A stretch of DNA of 64,000 nt from Callorhinchus milii (lineage: Eukaryota), in contig NW_024704743.1 of NCBI RefSeq assembly GCF_018977255.1, forward strand, positions 99,140,001 through 99,204,000, given 5' to 3'. The position numbers were made by a program, and so were the translations under genes. This document shows, piece after piece, positions 23,955-35,677 of the stretch (positions are counted from its first letter, which is position 1; the number at the start of each line of letters is the position of its first letter). Under the pieces are notes generated by a model, which saw only the letters and a program-made list of their open reading frames with translations, was not told where the DNA came from and searched no databases.

Positions 23955-24410
23955 CATGATTTGGGGAGACTTCTGTTGCATTATGGCTTATTAGTGCTAC
24001 AGGACCAGGAGGACCTGGTGAACCAGGCGGCCCTTTGGGTCCAGGTGGTCCAGGTGGTCCTGTGGGTCCTACAATTCCAGGGACCCCCGGTGGACCTTGA
24101 ACACCAGGTTGTCCTGAAGCACCTGCTTTGCCTGGTGCACCTTCTGGGCCTGAGACGCCTGGGTTTCCTTTAGCTCCTGGTAAACCGGGTCTTCCAGCTG
24201 AACCCTTTTGTCCCTTTGAACCAGGAGATCCTCTTGCTCCCTGACTTCCACTCTCTCCTCGAATACCTGGGAGTCCTCGAGAACCTTTTCGACCCATTAA
24301 TCCAGGTAGTCCTACCTCCCCTTCGTCACCTTTTTCTCCTTTTGTTCCAGTAAGGCCGATTGACCCCTGTGGCCCTTTGTCACCTTTGGGCCCTCTTGGA
24401 CCAGGAGGAC
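23955..24410 (-). CDS. COLEC12: COLEC12-like collagen-domain exon (456 nt, 46 uninterrupted Gly-X-Y triplets)
   Basis: attgcag|[45 protein letters not shown]|gtaaga; phase 1 to 1. Confidence 0.95.
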
Positions 24411-24977
24411 CTGCAATGTCATTTACAAACATATTTTTTGCAAGTTTTAATAGGAAATAATGTAATGTCAAAATATTTTTCCTTAGCGCATACCAGTTAC
24501 ATCTCTTAAACAGACTTTGACTATTACTCTATGTGTATTCAAAATAAGATAACAAGTTGAACCCATTTAAGTCTATATTTTACAACTGGATCTATTTTAG
24601 GAAAATATATAGCGTAAACTACAAGAACAATCAAAGAATAACTCTAGAATATTTATTTATCCTCAAATTTCCACTATTCAAATCTGGCTTCCTCTCTCCT
24701 TCAATAAAGTACCACTCCACCCCCGCCTCACAACCAGCAATAAAAAATTATGCCCTATGCTGTATGTGTTCCTTAAACAAGATCATAAGATTGGTTTGGA
24801 TGAAGCAACTCCGTTAAATAGAATAGAGAAACATTTCTGCTGGCAACAATCCATTGTTGAACCACAACAAATGTACACAGTACCCATGACATTCTTTGGT
24901 TGAACCCTTTATAGTCAGAATCAGCACATTGATACAATGCATCTTATACTGTGTATTAGTTTAACAGCAACAACGCT

Positions 24978-25306
24978 GGAGTTCTGTAGCTCAGTGGTTA
25001 GAGCACTCACTTTGCAAGCGAGAGAACTGAGTTCAATTCCAGGCAGGGCGAAACCTTGGGCAAGTTTCCTTACTCCACACAGAGCCTAATAATAATCCCT
25101 CCAAAAAACCAAAAACAATAATAAATTGGTCATTTTCAATCTACGACTGTTTGTGGGACATTGCTGTGCGCAATTGGCTGCCGCGTTCGCCCACAAATAT
25201 ACAGTCAATTCACTTTACAGTGTGTTCTGTGAAGCGCTTTGGGACGTCCTCCCGACGTGAAAAGTGCTATATCAAATGCAAGGATTATTATTATTATTAT
25301 TATTAT
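24978..25306 (+). mobile_element. tRNA(Ala,TGC)-headed SINE, short form
   Basis: A box TAGCTCAGTGG, anticodon arm with TGC, B box GTTCAATTCC, Deu-like 3' segment, L2-like stem-loop, (ATT)n tail. Confidence 0.9.
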
Positions 25307-25615
25307 AATGCAAGCCTGTGATTTTTCAGCTCCTGTTACAGTTCACGGTAGCTCCTGACTGAATGTAGCACTTTCTCAAATCTCCCAATTATGTTGTTAT
25401 TCAATACATTCAACCTTTAAACTGGGAGATTTCTGACAAACAGAGAGGATGGCAGTCTTGAATTAGCGAATCAGGTATCATCATTTAGAGAGTTACATAA
25501 AATGATAATGGCATGGAACCAGGCTATTCGCCCAACTAGTCCGTTTCACTGTCTATAATCCACACAAAGCCCCACTCTTCCTACCAGTTGTGGACTGTAT
25601 GCAAAATACTCTTAC

Positions 25616-26662
25616 CTTGAAGAATAGTGAAGTTTTGTATCAACTGAGCGTGTTTTGTGTCCACCAGTTTCATTTCTTCCATGATCATAGACAGGTTGGC
25701 CACTTCGATATCCAACCTGGCCCTCATTACGTTCTGCTGGATTTTGAGGAATGAGCTATCCACGCGGATGCTGCCCATGGTACTGCTCAGAATTGCTAGC
25801 TTGTCTGCATGTTCGTTCAATGTATTGGTGCAAGTGGTTTTAAGGGCATTCAGACTGCTGGTCAGTGATCTCAAATGCTGGACAGTCCAGCTGATGTTGC
25901 CAATGATGTTGCTGATGTCTCGCTCGTTCACATCCATCCGCCCTTCAAGTTGCTCAAAGCCAGCAGAAGTTTTGTTTTCATGAGTTTTTTGATACTGCTG
26001 TAGATCTTTGAGCCCTTGCTCATGAATGTTAGCCATGAAGCTAATATTCTCCATCTGGCTGCTGAGAGAGTTTAGCTGGCTATTCATGTCTGCCAATGTC
26101 TCATTGTTACCTGTCGCCATGATTGAGTTGTTCATGGCCTGTAACTGCAGGTATTGCACTTTCTCTTTGAGCCAGTCCGTATCCTTCCATGCTTGAAGCA
26201 CATTCTGTTGGAGAGCCTGCCAATCATTTCTTGTCTTTTGCATGGCTTGACTGCTGGTGTCAACAGATTTTTGCAGTGCACTGAGTAAATCTCTTTGCTG
26301 AATTTGTGTCCGATTCAGCTGACCGAGATTCACCACTACAGTGCCTTGAGATTGAGTTTGTCTTTGCATCTCATTCTGCACCTTGCCAGTGTTTTGCTGG
26401 AGGCTGCTGATGTATCCACTGTATGTCAGCAAGGTCTGGTTTATGTCCCGGATAGACCTAGAGTTACTGTCCAACATACTTTTCAGTGAGTTGTGATTTG
26501 TTGCCATTGATTGTCCAGACTCTTGCAACTTGTCCAATGCAGCGTTGTTTTTGGAGGCCTTGCCTGCGATGTCATTGAGCTGCTTCTGAAGGACTTGGAT
26601 ATCCGATTTGAATTTAGAGAGCTCTGTACTGGTACTTTGGTCCTTTACACCAGAGTGATCAT
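25616..26662 (-). CDS. COLEC12: COLEC12-like large coiled-coil exon (1047 nt)
   Basis: ctttag|AT GAT CAC..STELSKFKSDI..KDTDWLKEKVQ..EVANLSMIMEEMKLVDTKHAQLIQNFTILQ G|gtaaga; collinear with the recalled human COLEC12 coiled coil. Confidence 0.96.
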
Positions 26663-27597
26663 CTAAAGGGGTAACATGGTGTAAATGGAAAAGTAGCAAA
26701 ATAATAATAATAGCATTTGATAAAGTGCATTATAACATCATCAAATTGGAGTGTCAGAATAGCATATGTGCTCCAAGTCCCGACATGGAACTTCAACCCA
26801 TAACCTTCTGACTCAGCGGAGAGAATGCTGACACACAGTTAGCATCGTCATGGTTAATTACAATGATATTAAAAGTAGCTGAGGCTGTCATTAGCAACTA
26901 CTGTACCTTCTCTTTCCTCAGTGTCCAGAAAGAGATTAAGCATCATTCCACTATGTAAACAGTGTGTTCCACACAATGTCACAAGACTTGTGGGCCAGTG
27001 AGAATTCAGGTGCTCGCTGGAATCCTTCGGCTCCATGTGCTGTGGAGCGGACTACATGGAGAAATTTGGAAGCTGTTTTTTTTTAAGGACTGTCAAAAAC
27101 AGACTACCAAATTAAGGGTTTTCCACAAGTCTGCACAATTTTACATTTTAAGACAAAATAACCTCACAGGCTAAGATTAGATGGAATTTCAGGTCTCTGA
27201 TGTTCACAAATGCTCACTCTCCAGCAGACATCAAACACATTAGATACTGATCAGGTTTTCATTCCCTTCCCCCCAGAGCTTAAGGGTTCTCTTGTCAGTT
27301 AATGGTTGGTTGGATTGACGCCATAGGGTTCTGCAACCAAATCCCACACAATCTTTACTCTACAGTCACCTCCCCTTTTTCCCTGGCTTGGCATCAAATT
27401 ATGCCATTGTTCAGCGCTCTTAAGATGCTACACTTTGTGTATGAAGGTCACTCTTTAAATGTAAGTTGTTTAGTGGTTGATAAAAAGTGTACCATGTCTG
27501 AAAATATCTTCCTATCTTCCTGTGAGAAAGGGAGGGGCAACAAAGAATACAGACTCTCCCTGGAGCTGAAGTGGCTCTGAGGAGAAACTCCAGGTAG

Positions 27598-28110
27598 AAT
27601 CATATAATCATAGAATATTGCAGCACAGAAGGAGACCATTTGGCTCATTGTGCCTGTGCTGGCTCTTTGGAAGAGCTACCCAATGAGTCCCACTCGCCCA
27701 CTTTTTCCCCATATGCCTGAAAATGTTTCCTTTTCAATTAGCTATCCAAATCCCTTTTAAAAGTTGCTATTGAATCTTGTTTCCACCACCCTTTCAGGCA
27801 ATGGATTCCAGACCGTAACAACTCTGTATAAAAAAAATTCTTCTCATCTCCCCTCTGGTTCTTTTACCAATTATCTTAAATCTATGTGCCCTGTTTACTG
27901 ACCCACCGTTCAGTGGAAACAGTTTTTCCCTATCTACTCTATCAAAACCCCTCATAATTTTGTACACTTCTATTAAATCCCCCATTAACCCTCTCTGATC
28001 TAAGAAGAACAATCCCAGCTTCTCTAGTCTCTCCAATTAACTAAAGTCCCTCATCCCTGGTACAATTCCTGTAAATCGCATCTGCACCCTCTCTAAGGCC
28101 TTGATATTCT
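27598..28110 (-). mobile_element. CR1 3' fragment
   Basis: ERLEKLGLFFL..RGLMGDLIEVYKIMRGFDRVDREKLFP; tail reads atcatagaat on the plus strand. Confidence 0.9.
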
Positions 28111-28869
28111 TGGAGGTCCACAGTAATTCAAAACAGATGTAAGAGATGTAGACATGTACTCAACCATGCAAACTAAAGCCCTATTGGTTAGGATGGTCCT
28201 AGCTGGACAAGTGGTGGGCCACCTGGTTACTACTTATTACATTCTGAGCCAAATATCTGTTTTCAGTGACTAAATGAACAGTGGCACACTTTTAATTTGA
28301 GAATAAACAGCATTTGGGGGGCTATTTATTTATAATTAAATTAGATGTTATTTGAACATCCAACTCAAACCCAACAGCTGGAATGTGTTACCAGGAAGAA
28401 TGATTAAGACTGGGATACTGCACTGATTTAAGAAACAGTTTGATGCTGTAATGGAAAGAGAAGACAATAGGATTGGAATTCTGAAAAAATGAAATCAAAG
28501 GGACTGTAATTTTTTTTATCCAAACCTCTTGTGATTTTATGATCTGACCAGAAGGTGCCTTGCAATGAATGCTCTCCAGTGACACTGGAGGTTGGTTATA
28601 GAATTGCAGTACAAAGCAGCTTGTAGAAAACTGCTTTACTAGTGCAGTTCCTTGAATGACGAAGGAACATAAGAAATGTTACAAGAAAAAAGACCAAGGT
28701 CCATCTAGTTCGCCTTTCACCTTTCTGTAAGTCACATGCACATATTGCCCAAACTACCTATGTAATATATCCCATAATGTTATTTCCTAATGGAAAACTA
28801 TCTAATCTGTGTTTGAAAAACGAGTGTAGCAATAGATCACTGTTAAAGAAAGCCCTCTCTCACACCAAC

Positions 28870-29062
28870 AGCTTGTGGGTTCAAGACCTATGTTGAAACT
28901 TGGAATCACATAGTCTAAGCGGACATGACAATACAGTGCTGGGGGAGTGTTGCATTATCTGAGGTGCCGCCCTTTGGATGAGACGTTAAATCAAGGCCTC
29001 GCCTGCTTGTTCAGACGGACATTGAAGATCGCATGGCATTATTCAAAAAGAGAAGAGTTTCT
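28870..29062 (+). mobile_element. DeuSINE (SacSINE1/AmnSINE1-like) fragment; further old copies near 36320-37090, 37240-37620, 46790-47140, 47470-47790, 51600-51920, 53020-53200 and 60870-61430
   Basis: gaggtgccgccctttggatgagacgttaaatcaaggcc..gaagatcgcatggcattattcaaaaagag matches the recalled Deu central domain. Confidence 0.75.
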
Positions 29063-29369
29063 CAGTATAATAAATGTTACATTTTGCATTAGAATCATAG
29101 AATTATACAGCACAGAAGGAGGCCATTCGGCCCATCGTTTCTGTACAGGCTCTTTGAAAAGAACTACCCAAATCAATCTCACTCACACGCGCTCTCCCCA
29201 TAGCCATGCAAACTTGTCCTCCCCAGATAATTATCTACTTCTCTCTTAAAAGTTGTTATCAAATTGACTTCCACCACCCTTTCAGGTAATGCATTCCAGA
29301 TCCGAACTACTCGCTGCGTGAAAAAATTTCTCCTCACCTCCCCTCTATGTCTTTTAACAACTATTTTAA

Positions 29370-30792
29370 CAACAACAACAAGATTCCATTTATAGAGCGC
29401 CTTTCACGTCAGGAGGACGTCCCAAGGCGCTGTACAGTTGGGTCAGGATCCGAGCAGGGGGGAAATGGTCAGGGTGAGGGGAGAGAAGGGAGGGAGCGAG
29501 GAGGGGGTAGAGAGTCGAGAGCGGAGCTGAAGGCACGGTCAAAGAGAAAGGTCTTGAGACCGGCCTTGAAGGAGGAAAGGGAGGAGGCGGCGAAGGCACT
29601 GGGGGATAGAGTTCCAGAGCCTAGGGGCTGAGAGGCTGAAGGCCGGGCCACCGATGGTAAGGCGGGGGATGTGGAGCAGACCGGAGCCAGAGGAACGGAG
29701 GGTACGGGCAGGTAAGTAGGAGGATAGTAGGTCGGAGAGGTAGGAGGGAGCAAGGCCGTGAATGGCCTTGTAGGTGAGGATGAGCATCTTGAATTCGATC
29801 CTCTGGGGGATGGGGAGCCAGTGGAGGCGAGCGAGGGTGGGGGTGATGTGGTCGCGAAGCCTGGTGCGGGACAGTACACGAGCTGCAGAGTTCTGAATGA
29901 CCTGCAGCTTGTGAAGGGAGGTGCTGGGAAGGCCGGCGAGGAGAGAGTTCCCATAGTCCAGCCTTGAGGTGATAAAAGGCGTGGACCAGAGTTTCAGCAG
30001 CGTGAGGGGTGAGGTAGTGCCGTAGTCTGGCGATATTCCGGAGGTGATGGAAGGCGGTGCCAGTTGTGGCGCAGATGTGAGGAAGAAAGGACAGCTCAGG
30101 GTCGAACAGAACACCGAGGTTCCTGACTGGCTTTGAGAGGTGGAGAGTGCAGCCTTGGATGCTGATGGTGTCAGCGCCTGAGGTGCGGAGGCGCTGACGT
30201 GAGCCAATCAGGAGGGCCTCAGTTTTACACACGTTGAGCTGAAGAAAGTTGTCTCTCGTCCAGGACTCGATGTCGGACAGGCAGGCTGTCAGGACATCAG
30301 TGGTTGTGGAGTTGAGGGTAGAGGAGGAAAGGTAGAGTTGGATGTCATCCACATCCATGTGGAAGTTAACCCCAAGTCTGCGGATGATGTCACCGAGGGG
30401 GAGCATATAGAGGGTGAAGAGGAGGGGACCGAGGACAGAGCCCTGAGGGGCACCGCACGAGACAGTGCGGGGGGTGGAGGAAAAGCCATTCGTGGAAACA
30501 AAGTGAAGACGGTGGGAGAGGTACGACCTAAACCACTCAAGGACAGGGCCTTGAAGGTTGAGGTGGGAGGACATGCGGTGGAGGAGAATAGCGTGGTCGA
30601 CCGTATTGAATGCTGCCGATAGGTCGAGGAGGACGAGGAGGCAGAGGGAGCCCTGGTCACAGATGGTCAGGATGTCATTGGTGACCTTGACCAGGGCAGT
30701 TTCTGTGCTATGGGCAGCACGGAAACCCGACTGAAGGGGTTCGAATAATGAATGGGTGGAAAGGAAAGAGCGCAGCTGGGAGGCGACAACTC
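29370..30792 (-). mobile_element. Young L2 LINE (5'-truncated) nested in the CR1, with an 8-bp TSD tattttaa
   Basis: L2 RT ([33 protein letters not shown]); (GTT)n tail; TSD at 29362-29369 and 30796-30803; very similar to 42230-43651. Confidence 0.95.
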
Positions 30793-33700
30793 GTTTATTT
30801 TAAGTCAGTGTCCTCGGGTTATTGACCCACCCGCCACTGGAAATAGTTTCTCCTTCTTCACCCTTTCAAATCCCGTCATAATTTTGAAAACTTCTATTAA
30901 GTCTTCTTTAACCTTCTCTGCTCCAAGGAAAATAATCCTAGCTTCTCTTGACATTCTTCCTAAAGTATGGTGCCCAGAACTGAACACAGTACTCTAGCCA
31001 AGGCCTAACCAGTGTTTTATAAAGGTTCATCATAACTTCCTGACTTTTGTATTCTATGGCCCTATTTATAAAGCCTGGTATCCGGAATGCTTTTTTTTGA
31101 CAGCTTTATCTACACTGCCCTGTCACCTTCAAAGATTTACTTATATGAATCCCCAGATCTCTCTGTTCCTACACCCCCTTTAAGATTCTACCATCAGCTT
31201 ATATTGCCTCTCCTCATTGTTCCTCCCAAAATGCATTACTTCGCATTTCTCCACATTAAACTTCATCAGCCAAGTGTCTGCCCATTTTATCAGTCTGTCT
31301 ATGTCCTCTTGCAGTCTGCTACTATCCTCCTCATTGTTTACTACTTTTCCTAGCTTAGTATCATCTGCAAACTTGGAGACTGTACTCCCTATACCCAAGT
31401 CCAGGTCATTTATATAGATCAAAAACAGCAGTGGTCCAATTACCGACCCCTGGGGGACACTACTGCACACTTCCCTCCAGTCAAAAAAAACCCGTTAAAA
31501 ATCACTCTCTGCTTTCTGTCTCCCAGCCACTTCTGTATCTAGAACTTTATCAAATGCCTTTTGAAAGTCCATATAAACTAGATCAACTGCACTATCTTCA
31601 TCCACCCTCTCCGTTACTTCATCAAAAANCTTTATCAGGTTTGTTGGACATGATTTGCCTTTAACAAATCCGTGTTGACTATCCTTTTTTAACCCATACT
31701 TTTCTAAGTGAAAATTTATTTTGTCCCAGATTATAGTCTCTAGAAGTTTCCCTATTACTGACATTAGGCTGACTGGCCTGTAGTTCCCAGATTTATCCTT
31801 CGACCCCTTTTTGTACAGGGGAGTAACATTTGCAACCCTCCAGTCCTCTGACACCACCCCGGTATCCAAGGAGGATTGAAAGATTGTGGCCAGAGCCTCC
31901 AATATTTCCACCCTTACTTCCCTCAGTAATCTAGGATGCATCAAGTCTGAACCGGGTGACTTATCTATCTTGAGCACCGTCAACCTTTTTAGTATCTCCT
32001 CTCAGTTTATTCTTATCTTATCCAATTTCTCTACCCTCTCCTCCGATACTAAGGCATTGGCTGCATCCTCTTCTTTTGTGAAGACAGATGCAAAGTACTC
32101 ATTCAGGACGTCAACCATGCCCTCTGCCTCCACAAGAAGATTTCCTCTTTGGTCCCTAATTGGACCCACCCTACTTTTAATTGATCTTTTATTCTTTACA
32201 TGCTTATAAAATACCTTAGGGTTCCCTTTTATGTTACCCTCTAATCTTTTCTCATACAATCTTTTTGACCCTCTTATTTCCTTTTTCAGTTCTCCTTTAT
32301 ACTTTTGTTATTCTATTTGATTATCTTCTGTATTTTGGACCTGACATTTATCATAAGCTTCCTTATTCTGTTTTATTTTAATCCCAATTCCTTTTCATCC
32401 AGGGAGATTTGGATGCCCTACCTTTCTCTTCTGTGGGAAAGTATTTGTTCTGTTTGTGAACTAGCTCCTCCTTGAAGGCTTCCCATTGCTCATTAGCTGT
32501 TTTACCTGCCAATCTTTATTTCCAGTCAACCCTTTTTAACTCACTGAAATTAGCCCTCTTCCAATTGAGTATCTTCACCTTTAAGTGTTCTTTGTCCCTT
32601 TCCATAAATACTCTAAACCTAATGTTATTGTGATCACTGTTGTCCAGATGCTCTCCTACTGAAACGTACTCCACTTGTCCCACTTCATTCCCCAGAACTA
32701 GATCCAGCACTGCTTCCTTCCTCAATGGGCTGGAAACATATTGATCCAGAAAGATATTCTGCACACATTTCAGGAATCCTTCTCCCTCCTTACCCTTTCC
32801 ATTGTTATTTTGCCAGTCTATGTTAGGATAATTGAAGTCCTCCATTATCACTGCTCTATTGGTTTTGCATCTCTGAAATCTGCTTGCAGATTTGCTCATC
32901 TACCTCTTTCCCACTATTTGGTGGTCTATAGTATACACCTAACAGAGTAACAGCTCATTTTCTTCTCCTTAACTCTAACCAAATAGATACTGTTTTTGGA
33001 TCTTCTAGCACATTGTCCCATTCCAAGGCTGTAACTGTGTCTTTAATCAATATTGCCAACCCCCCTCCACCCTTCTTTTTTTCCTTCCCTATCCCTCCTG
33101 AATACACTGTAGCCAGGAATATTCAGGTCCCATTCCTGCCCTTGTTTGAGCCAGATCTCCGTTATTGCCAGTACATCATAACCCTATGTGGCAGCTTGAG
33201 CTAATCTTATTTGTCACACTCCGTGCATTTACGTACATGGGCTTCAAGGCCGACTGAGTCCGTTCTGCATTTCTCCCCCATCTAATCCCTTTTTTCTGGA
33301 CTGTTCCTTATCACATTGCTATTCATCTCTCCCAGCCCTCTATGTAATGTGTTTCTCCTCTTTGATGCTACATCCTGATTCCTTTCCCCCCTCAAAATTA
33401 GTTGAAACGCTTCCCCGAGGACATTAGTCACAGCCCTGTTCAGGTGTAACCCATCCATCTTGTACAGGTTCCACCTGCCCCAGAACTGGACCCAATATTC
33501 CAGGAACCTGAAGCCCTCCTTTCTGCACCATTTCTCCAGTCATACATTCATGTGTTTGACCCTGCTGTTTTGATACTCAGTTGCACGTGGTACTGGGAGC
33601 AATCCAGAGATCACCACCTTTGAGGTCCTACTCTTTAGCTTTTTCCCTAGCTTCTGATACTCTCCCTGTAGGATCTCAGCCCTCTTTTTCTCTACCTCAT

Positions 33701-34216
33701 GGATCCCAACATGGACCACGACTTCTGGATGTTCCCCTTACCCCTGAAGAATGTTTTGCATCTGTTCCAGGGTGTCTTAAATCCTGGCACCAAGGTGACA
33801 ACATACCATGTGAGAGTCTTTGGTTGCAGAAACATCGGTCTATTTCTTTCACCATTGTGTCCCCAATGACAATTGCATTGACATTCTTCCTGGTGTCCCC
33901 TTTTGCATCAATTTGCTTTTAACTCCTTTCCCCAGAGGTGTCATCACCCTGACTAGTATTCTGTACAAAGAACCGGTTTGTGAGTGCCACACATTCAGGA
34001 GATTTCTGCACTGCACGTCCCCTCTTCTACCATGCCGGGTGGTCACCCACTCCCCCTCCTTCTGAACCCTCTGTGGCTGTAGGGTGACCACCTCCTGAAA
34101 TGTTCGATCCATGAACCCTTCAGCCTCTCGTATGCTATGTAGTGACTCCAGCCTCTCCTCAAGCTCAGAATCCCTGAGCTCAAGCTCAAGCAGCCGGAAG
34201 CACTTCCTGCACATAT

Positions 34217-34528
34217 AATAATCCTTGCATTTGATACAGCGCTTTTCACGTCAAAAGGACGTCCCAAAGCGCTTCACAGAACACACTGTAAAGTGAATTG
34301 ACTGTATATTTGTGGGAGAATGCGGCAGCCAATTGTGCACAGCAATGTCCCACAAACAGTCGTAGATTGACAATGACCAATTTAATTATTGTTTTTGTTT
34401 TTTGGAGGGATTATTATTATTAGGCGTGTGGAGTAAGGAAACTTGCCCAAGGTTTCGCACTGCCTGAAATTGAACTCAGGTCTCTCACTTGCAAAGCGAG
34501 TGCTCTAACCACTGAGCTACAGGACTCC
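34217..34528 (-). mobile_element. tRNA(Ala)-headed SINE, short form, nested in CR1 ORF1
   Basis: Complete head-to-tail copy flanked by atat; removing it restores DKHMCRKC. Confidence 0.92.
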
Positions 34529-35578
34529 AAATATGTTTGTCCAGGGCACTCAAAGCATCTTGGAGTTCCCACATGGCACACGTTGTGCATGCAACTGGTC
34601 TCGTCTGTCCTGCCATATTCCTAGACATGTTTTATATTATTTTAATATAAATATTATATATTTTATAATTATGCACCTCTTTCCCCCTCTACACTGAATT
34701 CCCACTATCACCAACTTCCTTAACAGAATTCTCACTCTGTTCCACCTCACTCAGTTCCTTCCTTATGCTGCTGGGCTCTCTGCTCATTGTTAATGGGTTG
34801 ATCAAGCCTTAGTCATTTTGTGTTGAATCCAATGTATCCTTTTGCAAAACTAAAATAAGATGCTGTCAGGGTGCTATTTTCACAGAAGTGTGAGTATGAG
34901 CTAAAATTCCATTGCTGTTCATATAGTGGTGGCCAACCACCAAGAAACAGTCTTTGAACATTCACACGAGTCTAAGTAAGTCCATATTTGATCAATAGTG
35001 TGCTTTCAGTTCTTTATTGATTGAATATTTTGGATTTATGGCATAAATTAAGAAATATTCAATCAAGAAAATGTATTTTGTTGGCCAACCATAATGGTTG
35101 GCTTCACATTTGTCATTGGCAGCTTTAGTCACTGAAGAGAGTTGAAGAGACGATACATTCTTTTCAATGTTTCATGTATGTAAATATTGGGTAAGGAAAG
35201 AATTGGGCTTGGCTGCAGTTCCCCTATTGCTACATAGCAAACCAGCATTCATTATCTTAGCTCTCACTGGAAAAATGGGCACGTGGACAAGATACTCAAT
35301 CTCATTTAAAATCTCATGGCTCATTGCTCATTCTTCTAACACTGGAGTAATCCTCTTGCTCTCCTCTGCATCACTGTATGCAGCTTGTATCTGTGCTGTT
35401 TTTAATACTGGCCATAGTTCTTTTTATAAACAGGAACACAGATCGCAAAGATAAAATACAGATTGAAATGATACCTTCAGTTACTTTGGTAAAGTACCGT
35501 TAAAACTGAATGTAGCTTTATTTTAATAGATGTTCTCTTCATCTTTCCTTCTGGCAGAGAAAGCTTGGTAAAACTTAC

Positions 35579-35677
35579 CGAGTTTTTTCAAGTTGCTCTC
35601 CACTGCGTGCAGTTTTTCTGAGTAGTTCTTGTGCGAGGATTCTATACCTTCAGTCACAGTGTCCATTCTCTGTACAA
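35579..35677 (-). CDS. COLEC12: COLEC12-like 99-nt juxtamembrane exon
   Basis: ttccag|(V)VQRMDTVTEGIESSHKNYSEKLHAVESNLKKL G|gtaagt, matching the recalled human VVEKMDNVTGGMETSRQTYDDKLTAVESDLKKL; phase 1 to 1. Confidence 0.93.

Larger units (their letters stand above)
29091..34770 (-). mobile_element. Near-full-length degenerate CR1 LINE (ORF1 from ATG 34616; ORF2 endonuclease and RT with internal deletions), interrupted by an L2 and a SINE
   Basis: ORF1 MAGQTRPVACTTCAMWE..KHMCRKCFRLLELELR (zinc finger and zipper); endonuclease DFNYPNIDW..LDLVL..SDHNNIRF; RT NYRPVSL..QHGF..DFQKAFD..VPQGSVIGP..FADDTKL; 3' UTR at 29091-29360. Confidence 0.92.

Noticed and set aside
25657..26489. Plus-strand ORFs overlapping the coiled-coil exon (and similar ones over the collagen exon)
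   Set aside because: Antisense shadows of a coding exon with no independent evidence
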